From Candidatus Anstonellales archaeon (lineage in GTDB: Archaea; Micrarchaeota; Micrarchaeia; Anstonellales; J096), in contig JAWAFD010000004.1 of assembly GCA_038890745.1 (NCBI GenBank), forward strand, positions 1-64,000: a stretch of DNA of 64,000 nt, given 5' to 3'. Made by a program: the position numbers and the translations under genes. The notes beneath the pieces are model-generated. The model ran no database searches. It was given only the letters and a program-made list of their open reading frames with translations, and was not told the DNA's origin. This document shows positions 20,019-31,067 of the stretch, piece by piece. Every line of letters begins with the position of its first letter. The stretch's first letter is position 1.

Positions 20019-21021
20019 GAAACCTCAACACAGCCGCAATCCCAGCCAGCCCTTTCAGCCTTTTCCCCCATTCACTTTCTTTTGAAAAAACAACAACCTC
20101 TGCCCTTTGTTTGTATGATTCATCAACGATGTTTTCGATCTCTTTATCCGTTCTCAACAACTCATCAAGAACAGCAAGGGTTTTTATCCCACCCATGCTT
20201 AGCGCATTTCCAACCTCTTTTTTTCCATAAGCAAGAAGCCCATCCTCCCTCCCAAGATGCTTCAAAAGCTCCTCCATAACCTTTGCTTCCTTCTCCAGCC
20301 TTGTCTCGCCTATTATCCTCTCTATACTTCCTTTCTCCACAAGCTCTCTAAGTCCGCTTTCCTCAGCATAGCTTACATCCTCAACAAAAACCTTTTTCTT
20401 TTCCTTTTCCAAAAACTTCTGAAAATTGTTTTTCTCAAAACCTGGCCCTGCAACTATACACAGACCATCGACAAAAGGAAGAAGCTTCTTATAAAACTCC
20501 TGCGTTTTGTCTACCCCTCCCCTTTTGCTGCTCTCACTTCTTACTTCAGCAATCTCCTCAAAACCATATGGCTTTATTTCATACACGAGCGCTTTTTCAT
20601 TATCCATAAGAATTGCACGAACAAGGGCCCTTCCGCTTTCCCTTACAGCATCCTCTATCCTTTCAAGCTCAGCCCTTCCCCACCTCTCTTTTATTATTGT
20701 TATTGCTTCTTTTGGTGAAACATCGAGAGTATGATGCCTTCCAAGCTGGACAAACTCCTCAGGCTTTCCTTCCACAATCTTTCCACCTATTCTAAGTCGG
20801 TTTGCATGCTTCGCAAACTCCACCCTTTCCACCTGCACCCTTATAAAAACCGGTTTTCTTTCCTCTTTCTCCCCAAACTTTACGCTTCTGAAAGTGCTCC
20901 CCTCAGCAAAATCCCCCTCTTTTATTATATGCTCCAAATGCCACAAATCCTCAACGCTATCCGGCACGAGCTTTATTTTTCCTTCCTTTAAACTTTTGAA
21001 CACTATTTTCATGCGTTCCAT
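20008..21021 (-). CDS. pelA: mRNA surveillance protein Pelota
   Basis: EDLWHL, RLRIGG, GRHHTL, AGPGFEK, LAGIAAVLRF. Confidence 0.93.
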   Translation of the reverse strand: MERMKIVFKSLKEGKIKLVPDSVEDLWHLEHIIKEGDFAEGSTFRSVKFGEKEERKPVFIRVQVERVEFAKHANRLRIGGKIVEGKPEEFVQLGRHHTLDVSPKEAITIIKERWGRAELERIEDAVRESGRALVRAILMDNEKALVYEIKPYGFEEIAEVRSESSKRGGVDKTQEFYKKLLPFVDGLCIVAGPGFEKNNFQKFLEKEKKKVFVEDVSYAEESGLRELVEKGSIERIIGETRLEKEAKVMEELLKHLGREDGLLAYGKKEVGNALSMGGIKTLAVLDELLRTDKEIENIVDESYKQRAEVVVFSKESEWGKRLKGLAGIAAVLRFPIS

Positions 21022-21062
21022 TCCCAACCAAACTTTTTAAGCACTTCTTCTCCACCCTACCC

Positions 21063-21530
21063 ATGGTTTCATGCGTTCTCGGTGGCACCTTCAACATTCT
21101 TCATAAAGGGCATGAGGCCCTTTTCAGAAGAGCCCTTCTTTTTGATAAAATATTTATCGGGATAACGAGCGATGGGTTTGTGAGAAAAAATAAGATTTAT
21201 CCCCCGACCCCATTTTCAAAAAGAAAAAAAGAGGTTGAAAGATGGTTTGCAAAAAGAAACAGAAAAATAAAAACAATAAAGATAGAGGATGTTTTCGGGG
21301 ATACGCTTGAGAAAGAGTATGATTATATAGTTGTGAGTGAGGAGACGCTTCCGAATGCGGAAAAAATAAATAGGATGAGAAAAAAGTTAGGGAAGAGACA
21401 GATGGGGATTGTTGTTGTTCCGCTTGTGCTTGCATACGATGGTAAAAAAATCTCTGCTCTAAGAATATACAAGGGTGAGATTGATAGGAGCGGGAGGAAA
21501 GCTCAGAAAAAGCAAAAGCGATGGCTATAA
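21063..21530 (+). CDS. coaD: phosphopantetheine adenylyltransferase (archaeal type)
   Basis: GGTFNILHKGH, GITSD, IVVSEET, KISALRI. Confidence 0.85.
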   Translation: MVSCVLGGTFNILHKGHEALFRRALLFDKIFIGITSDGFVRKNKIYPPTPFSKRKKEVERWFAKRNRKIKTIKIEDVFGDTLEKEYDYIVVSEETLPNAEKINRMRKKLGKRQMGIVVVPLVLAYDGKKISALRIYKGEIDRSGRKAQKKQKRWL

Positions 21531-21554
21531 AAAGTTTTTTTTCCATACATTCTT

Positions 21555-22469
21555 ATGCGTTATTTATTTATCTTTCTGCTGGTTTTGTCCGTTTCATTTT
21601 CTCTTCAGACAAACGCAAACCATATTCTCTACAACCTTTCTGATGGGCAGAAGCTTCATGCAAGCGATGTGATGTTTCTTAATGACCATACATCCGATAT
21701 ACACCTGTTCCTAAATGTTGAAGGGGACGTATCTAAATTCATAAAAATAAAAAATCCAGAAATGGATATACCGAAAGGAGAGGTGAGATGGGTTGAGTAT
21801 GAAATTTTTATACCGGAGGGAACGAGAACCGGAGAATATGGTGGATATATCGTAGCTACCCTAAATGGAGAAGGGGAGGGGGCGAGGATAAACCTTGCCT
21901 TAAAAAAGAGAATAACAATATCTGTTTCCGGAAAGGAAGAGCCCGTAGATTTTCTTGAGTTTTTGCTCTCCCTTGCAGTTTTGCTTATGCTTGCGTATAT
22001 ATTTTTAAGCATAATAAGCAATGCAAAAAAACGCTTTATCATTCTCTTTATTATTCTTATTTTTGCCCCTTTCTTGTATGCACCTTCTCAGGATATTTCT
22101 GCGGGTGTTGAAATCCTGTACACATGCGGAATAATAAATGAGCCAACAAACCTTGATTTTGGAAGTTTTGTTTCGGGCCAGTATTCCCAAGTAAAAAATA
22201 CAACTGTTACGAATACCGGAAATGTTGATGTGGATATTTCCCTTCATGGTACGGACTGGATAAAAACCGGCGGTGGAAGTTTTTCTGTAGAGAACACAAA
22301 ATATTCTTTGGATAATTCAAACTATTTTGATCTCACAAGTGCGCCAACGATAATCTACTCTGACCTTTCACCTGGCTCCACATTAGATATTTTCTTTAAG
22401 GTTTATGTTCCTCAGGGTAATTCTGGAAGGTATGAGCAAACCATAACTGTTGGGGGGATCTGCCCATGA
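21555..22469 (+). CDS. secreted/membrane protein with two extracellular-type domains
   Basis: Signal peptide, internal TM helix, then a second signal-like segment. ATGA overlap with the next gene. Confidence 0.7.
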   Translation: MRYLFIFLLVLSVSFSLQTNANHILYNLSDGQKLHASDVMFLNDHTSDIHLFLNVEGDVSKFIKIKNPEMDIPKGEVRWVEYEIFIPEGTRTGEYGGYIVATLNGEGEGARINLALKKRITISVSGKEEPVDFLEFLLSLAVLLMLAYIFLSIISNAKKRFIILFIILIFAPFLYAPSQDISAGVEILYTCGIINEPTNLDFGSFVSGQYSQVKNTTVTNTGNVDVDISLHGTDWIKTGGGSFSVENTKYSLDNSNYFDLTSAPTIIYSDLSPGSTLDIFFKVYVPQGNSGRYEQTITVGGICP

Positions 22470-25400
22470 GAAGAATTTTTATTTTCTTCTTTTTTGCTCT
22501 TGCTTCCCTTTCATACGCCCAAATCAACGCAACTGTTTTTTCATACACAGAGGTTCCGCATACATCCGTTAATCTAACCCCAGATTCCCCTGGTCCGGGA
22601 AATGACCTGATATGCGAGGCGTTTGTTTGGAACAGTGATTCTTTTAACATGACGGTTCATTTTTCATGGTATAAAAACGGAATCCTGCAGGATAAGAATT
22701 CAACACAGGAGAATGTTCTGAACGGCTCTTTTGCAACAGGAATCCTCTCTGCAACAGAAACCTCACCGGGTGATAATTGGACATGCAAGGCTTACGCGTG
22801 CTTTAGTGAAGCTGGGGAGATATGCGGGGAAGAGGATAATGACTCTGTTGTTGTTAGCGGTTGGCCAACCCATCTTACACAATGCCAAAACATTACTGTT
22901 CCTGGTGAGTATATTTTAGATGCAGACATTCTTGACTATCCTGGAAAGGTATGCTTTTTCATAAATGTTAACGATGTTTTTCTGGATTTGAACAGCCATG
23001 TTGTTGACGGCTCTGCGATTTCATCAAACGCAATCGCAGCATTTAAAGCCTCTCCGGACCCGTACAATTCACCCGGGTATTGGAGGAATATTGCTGTTGT
23101 GAATGGGGAAATAACAGACTGGAATAATAAAACTTCTCCGCTAGGTTATCCTGCTGGCCTGCTTGTTGGAAACGCATCAAACATAACTGTTGAAAACCTT
23201 TCAATATCACGCTCTGGTTTCCCCCTCCTATTTAATCCAGTTTTTGGTAGTAATGTAGACAACCTGCTTGCAAGAAATGTTGAAATATCTCATTCTGGGA
23301 CGCCGATTTTTAATTTTGTTCAAAATTCGCAGGTTGAGAATTTTTATGTTCGTGATTCTTCCGGAAGTCCGTACAGCACTACAGATGGAGGATATGGAAT
23401 GCAGGTCCAGGGAAGCAGCAATATGATTATTGCGAATTATTCAGTAAGAAATATAACCTGGTCCTCTTTTTATGTAATTGGAAACTCAAACAACATCACA
23501 TTTGAGAACGTTTCTTCAGAGTTAGCAGGATGGGGCGGGTTTACGATTCTAGGCTCAAGCAATATTATGATAAGAAATGCAAATGTAGAAAAAACACGAG
23601 GCCTTTGGGTCCATCCATTTTCACAGCATGCAGTTTTTTTTGAGAATGGCCAGAACTTTTTTGGTGATGGAATTTTTTTAAATAATAATTCAAACCAACA
23701 TGGAATTTCTGTTTCTAATTCTAAAAATGTGGTAGTGAACAATAGTGTTATTGATAGGAACAACATGACCGTTATAGCAGGTATTAATATAACAGATGTC
23801 GACCGATTTGTTCTAGAAAATTCCAGAGTTTACAATGTTTACAATACAGTTCAGGGCAGGGGGTATGGGCTTAGGATGGTTGGTGTCTCCAATGCATCCA
23901 TATACAATTCAACTTTTGAAAACATAAGTTGTAGTTTCGTTGATAGAAATCAGGACTGCGGAGTCGGGATAAGCGGCTTAATGTCGGATTATTATGAGAT
24001 GAAGGATGTTATTTTTAAAACATGCCATACCTCCTATCTCTCCTCATTCTCCTCGCCAGTTCCTGCAAAAATAGACACCATAACTTTTATCGATATTATG
24101 AGAGCACCCATATTCGTTGGTCTAGCAAATGCAGAGCTCTCAAACATCTATATCTATAATTATACAAGAAAAAATGAATGGATGTGGGCGATCTCTATTT
24201 CTGTTGCTGAAAACACAACTATTGAAAACATAACTGGAGAGAATATAGAACAGGGTGGTCCAGTTTTTGCATATTGGAGAAATACATCTGTGTCAAACAT
24301 ACATATTACTAACCTAACCCAATCCAGCCCATACTACAACCGCGCCTCTGTGATCCAGTTTTATTTCTCCCACTACTCTTCTGCAAAAAACATTCTCTTT
24401 ACAGACATCCATCCCTCAAACTACTATGCAGGGGGGATTGGAGTTTTTGGTTCCACAAATATAGAAGTAGAGAATGCTACCTGCTATGGATGTGTGAGAG
24501 GGGTATCCATAGGCATTCAGCTCCCATCAACAAACATTACAATAAGAGATTCAAAATTCTACAACTCAGCTTCTGCAGGTATAAGTATATGGGGGTATGA
24601 TTCTGGAAGTTGGAACCATGGCATCCATATTTTCAATGTTTCAACATATAATTCTTCAGGCAGTTTTGTATACATTCAAAGGACGAACAACACGATTATT
24701 GAAAACTGCACATTTTCTGAAATGCCCGGCACATATGGATATGTGTATGAGGCAGAAAACCTTACAATAAGAAACAATATTTTTGAAAACGGAAGCTTTA
24801 GAGTGGAGGATCGTTTTGCAGACAAAACTCTCATATACAACAATATTTTTAACCGCTCCTCACTTTACGATAGTGGAGGGAACTATTGGAATACAACCTA
24901 CGATTGTTCTCAAAAAAGCATAATAAACGGAGATTGTATAGGCGGGAACTGGTACAGTGATTACTGCGGCGGGGATGATGGAAGTGGCTCACCACCAATA
25001 CATAATATTGCAGGGGATGAGATTGGGGATAGTTTTGCTCCGTATGTCATAGAAGGAAGAACAGCGCAGGATGAACTTCCTTTGACATGGAACAATGAGA
25101 GCACATGCGGAAAAATCTCTGAATGTACAACGCTTAGAATTCCAAACATGGAATACACCCTTGTTAACGATATTTACGGGTGGAAGGATGATTATGCCTG
25201 CATCACTGTAAAGGCAGAAAATATAACCCTAAACTGTTCCGGCTATTCAATAACCGGGGATAGGAGTAATGGGCAGGCGCAGTATGGAATTATGTACAAG
25301 TTTTGGGATGCTGGAATTCTGCATAATATGAATTTTACAGGTTGCACCATAAAAGAATATCAGTACGGGGTAGGGCTTTATGGAGATTGGAGTAATCCGA

Positions 25401-28114
25401 GTGAAGATCTGAACATTCGGGATACGCGGATAGAAAAAACAGATTATGGTATTTACATTTCAAATGCCAAAAACAGCGATGTAAAAAACAATAGAATTTC
25501 AAACACCACATATGGAATTATAATTTATAGGGACTGGATGATTTCTACCCCAGAGCCCATCTCAGTGCAAAATAATACAATAGATCTACAGTATACCGGC
25601 ACATATTGTATAGCTATAAACGGCGTTAATGGGGCGCGCGTAATAAACAACACCGCACGTGGAGGAACCTATGGCCTTTATTTATCTAGCTCAACAAATG
25701 GGGAATTTGACAGGAATATCTTTTCAGACAATACATACAACATATACATAGCGCGAGCAGGCCCATCCGATACCGCTTACTACCGGCATTACTTCACAAC
25801 AAACAATTTTGTTGGATTTGGTTCAGACCTTAAGCCAGTCTATTACTATGTAGAAAACAAAACAAAGGATGGAATCTCAACAAACCCACCTGAAAATGCA
25901 GGGTTTGTTGCTTTTGTTGATTCAGACGGATTTGAGGCGAGGAATCTAAACCTTAGCAACAATTCAAACGGAATAATAATTTCAAATTCCTCAAACATAA
26001 ACATCTCAAACATCACCTCTTACTCCCAGGCTCTTGATGGCGTTTATGTTCTTCTTTCGCAAAACATAAATGCAGATAACCTGAACATACTTAACTCTCA
26101 GTACTCTGGAGTGTATCTCTCAAGCTCAAATGACTCCTCATTTAGAAACCTAGAACTGGTCAATAATAGCCGAGTTGGGGGGTATAGCAGTGCAAGCAAT
26201 AACATTCATTTTGAAAATGTTCATGTAAACGGTATACCATCTGCAACTGGTTTTGCTTTTGTTGGCAATAGCATGGTCTGGCCACCTGCGAAAGTGGAGG
26301 ACAATACGATAAATAATTTATACATTGAAAATACTCGCATTGGTTTTTCCATCATGCTTTTGAAAAACTTCACTGGTGAAAACATTACTATAAAAAATGT
26401 GAGCAGGACAGCAATATATTCTCCAAGCTCCGGCTGGCCTTGGCAGGATTATGTGAATGAGAATACATGGCTAATTAATGCGCATATCTATCAAGGTCCT
26501 TCCCCGAGTTTTATATGGATATACGCGTCGCAGAATGGGTTCAACGGCACGAATATTTCATTCATGGTTAACGAGAATGTTGGCGTTCTTACCTTCCCTG
26601 AACTTCATCCATACAATTCAGTTTCAAACATGAACAACCTAAGGGTTGATGAATGGTTTGTTTCTCTTAATCCCTCTCAGATTCCAGAATACAACCGCAC
26701 CGCGAATATAAGAATAAGAACAGATGGATGCAACAATGTAAGGGTTTATTCACTCTCCGGATTCCCGCTTTCCCGGGCAGAAATAATACAAAACGGGGAG
26801 GTTTACCCAGCGAAAATAAATTCATGCGTTGCGAACATTGTTGATTTTGATGTACAGGAATTTACAGGATATGCTGCAAACGGAACAACTAAAAAACCGA
26901 GTGGCGGTGGGGGTAAGGAGGAAGAGGAATACATCCCACCAATAATCCCACCAATAGAAGAAAAGGGCATGGAGGAGTGCCCGCCAGAAGAAAAGACAGC
27001 TGCTTTCGGTGCGGCATCTATTCCTTACAATGTGAACAAATACTACCCAAAAGATAAGACACAAAACACGGCATATTTGGTTATTTCGAATGCTGGAGAT
27101 ACGGCCATTGGCTCTTTTTCAGTATCCTATTCTGGAAAGAGTTTTATGTACTCCTCGCTTGCACCCGGTGAATTTTTATTTATAAAAACAACTTATACCG
27201 GAGACCCATGCCAACCAGCGAGTATTATTCCGGCTTTCGCACCACCAGAAGAGATAATCATAGATGCTCCTCTTGAGGTACCAGTTGGTTCGAAAGTTGA
27301 TGTAAATGTTTCTTATGTGAATGGGAGTGAAGCAGGAAACATAAACATTGTTGTGACAAACCCGCTTAACAGAAAAATATACTATCTTACAGATAAAAAC
27401 GGCAGATTTAGATATGTTGCGGAAAATGAAGGGGCGTATGTTTATTCTGCTCCCGGTTATGCAATAAGAAAGTCAGTTATTACTTATGCGTATCTTAAAG
27501 AAGCAAAATCCCTTATAATACCAATGTACATTACACAGCCTACAAAGATATTCATAAACGTTTATTCTTTTGGGGTAAGCATAGATTCCTCAGTAAAAAT
27601 AAAGGATCCGTATGGCGTGGAGAAAGAGGTTGAAGCAAGGGGCGGAAGATATGAGGATTACATCTCTCTACCAGGCAAATATGTGTTTACGATAACTCCT
27701 TTTGAAAAGGTTCAGTCCATTTCAGCGAGAATAGAGCTTGAAAAAGCCCCATTCATCCTTCCCTTATTTGAAAAGTTGGAATTCTGGCTTATGCTTCTCC
27801 TTGTGATAGCTCTTATCCTTGCCGTTGATTATTACAGAACAAAACTTGCACCAAAGCCAAAACTTTATTCATTAGTCCTTCTTACAAAAATGCCTTACGC
27901 AGGCAAGCCAGTAAAAGTGAGGATTGTGGACAGCAAAGGAAACCCTGTGCAAAAAGCAAGCACTTACATATACCTTGAGTACGAAGGGCTCCTTGTTGAT
28001 GAAAAGAAAACAGACATTAACGGCATGTTTTCATTTGTTCCGAAAGAAAAAGGAAAATACCTAATTGAATGCGAGGGTGCCGAGCTTAAAAAGAACGAGA
28101 TAGTTGTTCAATAA
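22466..28114 (+). CDS. giant cell-surface protein with right-handed parallel beta-helix (NosD-like) repeats and C-terminal TM anchor
   Basis: 1882 aa, signal peptide, many G(I/V)xxxxSxNxxIxN repeats, GNYWN/GGNW motifs, GGGG linker, TM FWLMLLLVIALILAV. Confidence 0.85.
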   Translation: MRRIFIFFFFALASLSYAQINATVFSYTEVPHTSVNLTPDSPGPGNDLICEAFVWNSDSFNMTVHFSWYKNGILQDKNSTQENVLNGSFATGILSATETSPGDNWTCKAYACFSEAGEICGEEDNDSVVVSGWPTHLTQCQNITVPGEYILDADILDYPGKVCFFINVNDVFLDLNSHVVDGSAISSNAIAAFKASPDPYNSPGYWRNIAVVNGEITDWNNKTSPLGYPAGLLVGNASNITVENLSISRSGFPLLFNPVFGSNVDNLLARNVEISHSGTPIFNFVQNSQVENFYVRDSSGSPYSTTDGGYGMQVQGSSNMIIANYSVRNITWSSFYVIGNSNNITFENVSSELAGWGGFTILGSSNIMIRNANVEKTRGLWVHPFSQHAVFFENGQNFFGDGIFLNNNSNQHGISVSNSKNVVVNNSVIDRNNMTVIAGINITDVDRFVLENSRVYNVYNTVQGRGYGLRMVGVSNASIYNSTFENISCSFVDRNQDCGVGISGLMSDYYEMKDVIFKTCHTSYLSSFSSPVPAKIDTITFIDIMRAPIFVGLANAELSNIYIYNYTRKNEWMWAISISVAENTTIENITGENIEQGGPVFAYWRNTSVSNIHITNLTQSSPYYNRASVIQFYFSHYSSAKNILFTDIHPSNYYAGGIGVFGSTNIEVENATCYGCVRGVSIGIQLPSTNITIRDSKFYNSASAGISIWGYDSGSWNHGIHIFNVSTYNSSGSFVYIQRTNNTIIENCTFSEMPGTYGYVYEAENLTIRNNIFENGSFRVEDRFADKTLIYNNIFNRSSLYDSGGNYWNTTYDCSQKSIINGDCIGGNWYSDYCGGDDGSGSPPIHNIAGDEIGDSFAPYVIEGRTAQDELPLTWNNESTCGKISECTTLRIPNMEYTLVNDIYGWKDDYACITVKAENITLNCSGYSITGDRSNGQAQYGIMYKFWDAGILHNMNFTGCTIKEYQYGVGLYGDWSNPSEDLNIRDTRIEKTDYGIYISNAKNSDVKNNRISNTTYGIIIYRDWMISTPEPISVQNNTIDLQYTGTYCIAINGVNGARVINNTARGGTYGLYLSSSTNGEFDRNIFSDNTYNIYIARAGPSDTAYYRHYFTTNNFVGFGSDLKPVYYYVENKTKDGISTNPPENAGFVAFVDSDGFEARNLNLSNNSNGIIISNSSNINISNITSYSQALDGVYVLLSQNINADNLNILNSQYSGVYLSSSNDSSFRNLELVNNSRVGGYSSASNNIHFENVHVNGIPSATGFAFVGNSMVWPPAKVEDNTINNLYIENTRIGFSIMLLKNFTGENITIKNVSRTAIYSPSSGWPWQDYVNENTWLINAHIYQGPSPSFIWIYASQNGFNGTNISFMVNENVGVLTFPELHPYNSVSNMNNLRVDEWFVSLNPSQIPEYNRTANIRIRTDGCNNVRVYSLSGFPLSRAEIIQNGEVYPAKINSCVANIVDFDVQEFTGYAANGTTKKPSGGGGKEEEEYIPPIIPPIEEKGMEECPPEEKTAAFGAASIPYNVNKYYPKDKTQNTAYLVISNAGDTAIGSFSVSYSGKSFMYSSLAPGEFLFIKTTYTGDPCQPASIIPAFAPPEEIIIDAPLEVPVGSKVDVNVSYVNGSEAGNINIVVTNPLNRKIYYLTDKNGRFRYVAENEGAYVYSAPGYAIRKSVITYAYLKEAKSLIIPMYITQPTKIFINVYSFGVSIDSSVKIKDPYGVEKEVEARGGRYEDYISLPGKYVFTITPFEKVQSISARIELEKAPFILPLFEKLEFWLMLLLVIALILAVDYYRTKLAPKPKLYSLVLLTKMPYAGKPVKVRIVDSKGNPVQKASTYIYLEYEGLLVDEKKTDINGMFSFVPKEKGKYLIECEGAELKKNEIVVQ

Positions 28115-28701
28115 ACCCCATAATCGCCCCACGGATTATACCATCTCTCCATCTCCTGTTTTTTGTATTTTGCATAAAAATATCCAAAAACCAGCCCTCC
28201 GAGGTGTGCTGCTGAGGCAACACCCGAGCTTATGTCAAAAGTACCCAAAAACTCTAATATAAACCATAGAGCGATTGCCTCCTTCATTCTCATTGGGATG
28301 AACCATATTAATATTCTCATGTTTGGCTCGAAAACGGCAAGCGCACCCATAACCCCAAATATCGCTCCGCTTGCACCTAAAGCGGGTATGGGCGGGATTA
28401 TTCCAACCAGAATTGTGAGCCAATATAGAAGAGAACCAACAATTCCGCTAGCAAAAAATATTTTCAAAAACTCCACACTTCCAACCCTTCTCTCTAGGAT
28501 AGGACCGAATAGTAAAAGAGCCCAGCCATTAAAGAAAAGATGCATAATCCCGCCGTGCAAAAACATGCTTGTGATAAACAGCCAGGGTTGGGATAAAACA
28601 CGCGGAGGGTCAAAATAAAAAATATGTGTTAACGGCTCAAATATCAGCTGAAGGATGAATACAGCCACCATTACTATCAAAAGAATGAGCGAATAGCGCA
28701 T
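28108..28701 (-). CDS. rhomboid intramembrane serine protease
   Basis: SMFLHG, HLFFN, GASGAIFG, AHLGG. Confidence 0.93.
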   Translation of the reverse strand: MRYSLILLIVMVAVFILQLIFEPLTHIFYFDPPRVLSQPWLFITSMFLHGGIMHLFFNGWALLLFGPILERRVGSVEFLKIFFASGIVGSLLYWLTILVGIIPPIPALGASGAIFGVMGALAVFEPNMRILIWFIPMRMKEAIALWFILEFLGTFDISSGVASAAHLGGLVFGYFYAKYKKQEMERWYNPWGDYGVY

Positions 28702-28753
28702 GTCGTTTAAATCATTCTAAACAATTTTTAAATATTATACAGAAAATAAAAGC

Positions 28754-29908
28754 ATGCTTTCTGGGATGAAAAAACTGAATAAGAATATAGTTCTGCTGGG
28801 TTTTGTTAGCATGCTTACAGACATCTCTAGTGAGATGATATTCTCCATACTCCCGATATTCATGTCCTCTGTTCTCATGCTGGATAAGTTTTTCATAGGA
28901 TTTATTGAAGGGTGTGCAGAGGCAACTGCAAACCTCTCAAAATTCCTTTCCCCCGTGCTTGAGAAAAAATTCAAAAGAAAAAAGCCCGTCATCCTTTTCG
29001 GGTATACTCTTTCAACATTAGTAAAACCATTATTTGCATTCGCCACCTCAGGCATCTCTGTTTTTGTTTTGCGCGTTTTTGAGAGGATCGGGAAGGGTGT
29101 GAGGGGTCCTGCAAGGGATGCTATCGTTGCGGATTTCTCATCAAAAGAAATAAGGGGGCGCGCATTCGGTTTGCATAGGATGATGGACACAATCGGTGCC
29201 GTGATAGGGCCATTTTTTGCATTTCTCATACTAAGCTTATACACGAACGATTTCCCCCTTGTTTTTCTCCTCTCTTTTATTCCAGGGATTCTTTCTGTTC
29301 TTCTTCTTTATCTTTTCGTAAGAGAACCACCACATACTGAAAAATTAAAAACCAAAACTGAGATGGCCGTCCCCCATGATAACTATGTGTGGTTCCTTCT
29401 TTCTGCAAGTTTTTTTGCCCTTGGCAACATGAGTTTCGCGTTTATTTTGATAAGGGTGCAGGAGCTCGGGATGAAGATCGCATTTGTTCCGCTCGCATAC
29501 CTTCTTTTTAATGTTGTGTATGCATTTTTCTCTATTCCATTTGGAGCCTTTGCGGACAGGATCGGCGTGGTAAGGGCCCTTTCTTTTACCTATCTTTTGT
29601 TTTTTATTTCATTTTTGGGGTTTGCGTTTTCATCAGAGATCTGGCTTTCCATAATTGCTCTTATTGTCTATGGAATAGCAACAGCCGGCTCTGAAACCTT
29701 ACAGAGAACGCTCGCCTCTCAGATTGTCCCGAAAGAAAAAAGAACAGGAGGTTTTGCAACATACCAAGGAATAACGGGCCTTCTCGTCCTTCCGGCAAGC
29801 CTTATCGCAGGATTTTTGTGGTCTGCATTTTCCCCAACAATTGCTTTTGTTTTTTCTGCTGCCTGCTCGCTTGTTGCTCTGTTTTTGCTGCAGAGGATTA
29901 AGCGTTAG
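28754..29908 (+). CDS. MFS transporter
   Basis: TDISSEMI, RIGKGVRGPARDA, GRAFG; about 12 TM segments. Confidence 0.92.
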   Translation: MLSGMKKLNKNIVLLGFVSMLTDISSEMIFSILPIFMSSVLMLDKFFIGFIEGCAEATANLSKFLSPVLEKKFKRKKPVILFGYTLSTLVKPLFAFATSGISVFVLRVFERIGKGVRGPARDAIVADFSSKEIRGRAFGLHRMMDTIGAVIGPFFAFLILSLYTNDFPLVFLLSFIPGILSVLLLYLFVREPPHTEKLKTKTEMAVPHDNYVWFLLSASFFALGNMSFAFILIRVQELGMKIAFVPLAYLLFNVVYAFFSIPFGAFADRIGVVRALSFTYLLFFISFLGFAFSSEIWLSIIALIVYGIATAGSETLQRTLASQIVPKEKRTGGFATYQGITGLLVLPASLIAGFLWSAFSPTIAFVFSAACSLVALFLLQRIKR

Positions 29909-29937
29909 TTTTTTAATCTTTCTTCGGATCTTATTAT

Positions 29938-30906
29938 ATGGTCTTTTTTGAGATGCTTACCCTTATATTTTTCCTAGCAGTCCTTTCAAAATCTGCGAGC
30001 ATAGTTGTTGAAAACCTGGCAAAACTTTCTAAATTTTTTGGAATAAGCCAGATAGCGATAGGTTTCATTCTTCTTGCAGTTTCCACCTCCCTTCCCGAAC
30101 TTTCGGTTTCCATTGTTTCCTCCTCAGCTGGGGAGGGCGCCATCGCTGCTGGTAATGTGTTTGGGTCGAATATTGCGAACATCCTTTTGGTGCTTGGGCT
30201 TGGTGGTTTTCTGTACGGTGTAAGAATTGGGAAGGAAGACCTGAAAGACATCGCAGCGGTCCTCGTGCTTACAACCATAGTTTCCTCCTATATAATATTC
30301 AACAGTTCTGTAAGCGAAAGGGCCCTTGCTTTTCTTGAGGGAATCATCCTTCTCCTTCTTTTCTGCGGGTATATGGTATACATATTCGCAAAAAGAAAAA
30401 TTGAGAATGTAAAAAACAACTCGGTTACAAAAAAAGAAGCTTTTAGTGCCTTTCTTTTCTTCTCTGTTTCCATACTTGTAGTTTTTGCCAGCGCGGGATT
30501 TGTTGTAGAATCCGCTGTAAAGATCGCAGAGCTTCTCAACATTGCGCAGAGCTTCATAGGTGCAACCATAATCGCTGTGGGTACATCCCTTCCAGAAATT
30601 TCAATAGACCTGCAAGCGATAAGAAAGAAACATTACGGAATAGCTTTGGGCGATGCGATAGGCAGCAACATGGTAAACATCACACTTGTGCTTGGAACAG
30701 CAGCCGTGATAAGCCCAATTTCTGTGCTTCTTCCTGTTTTCATAGCCGCCCTTCTTTTTGCTATTGTAGCAAACATGCTTCTCTTTTATGTTGGTGCCGT
30801 AAACAAAAAATTGGAAAAAATTGGAGGCGCTTTGTTCCTTCTTGTTTACATGATTTATATAATCACGATCTTCTATCTTCAGATAGGCGAGCTTTCTCAG
30901 GCATAA
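29938..30906 (+). CDS. Na+/Ca2+ (CaCA family) antiporter
   Basis: Two alpha repeats: TSLPE..GSNIAN and GTSLPE..GSNMVN. Confidence 0.92.
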   Translation: MVFFEMLTLIFFLAVLSKSASIVVENLAKLSKFFGISQIAIGFILLAVSTSLPELSVSIVSSSAGEGAIAAGNVFGSNIANILLVLGLGGFLYGVRIGKEDLKDIAAVLVLTTIVSSYIIFNSSVSERALAFLEGIILLLLFCGYMVYIFAKRKIENVKNNSVTKKEAFSAFLFFSVSILVVFASAGFVVESAVKIAELLNIAQSFIGATIIAVGTSLPEISIDLQAIRKKHYGIALGDAIGSNMVNITLVLGTAAVISPISVLLPVFIAALLFAIVANMLLFYVGAVNKKLEKIGGALFLLVYMIYIITIFYLQIGELSQA

Positions 30907-30966
30907 ATTTAATGAACAAATCCAACCCTCTATCCCTCGCGTTTATTGCCCATGTATGAGCTATTC

Positions 30967-31014
30967 TCAGACCGCACGTCAATCATCATTCATCAGAGTC
31001 GTACGTGTCATCAC
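30967..31014 (-). ncRNA. box C/D 2'-O-methylation guide sRNA
   Basis: GTGATGA-CACGTACGACT-CTGA-TGA-ATGATGA-TTGACGTGCGGT-CTGA: intact C, D', C' and D boxes with 11-12-nt guides; intergenic; TTTAAAT upstream. Confidence 0.92.
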
Positions 31015-31067
31015 TAACATTATGTATGCGAGCAACTTAATTTAAATTTTTCCACCCATAACCCTTC

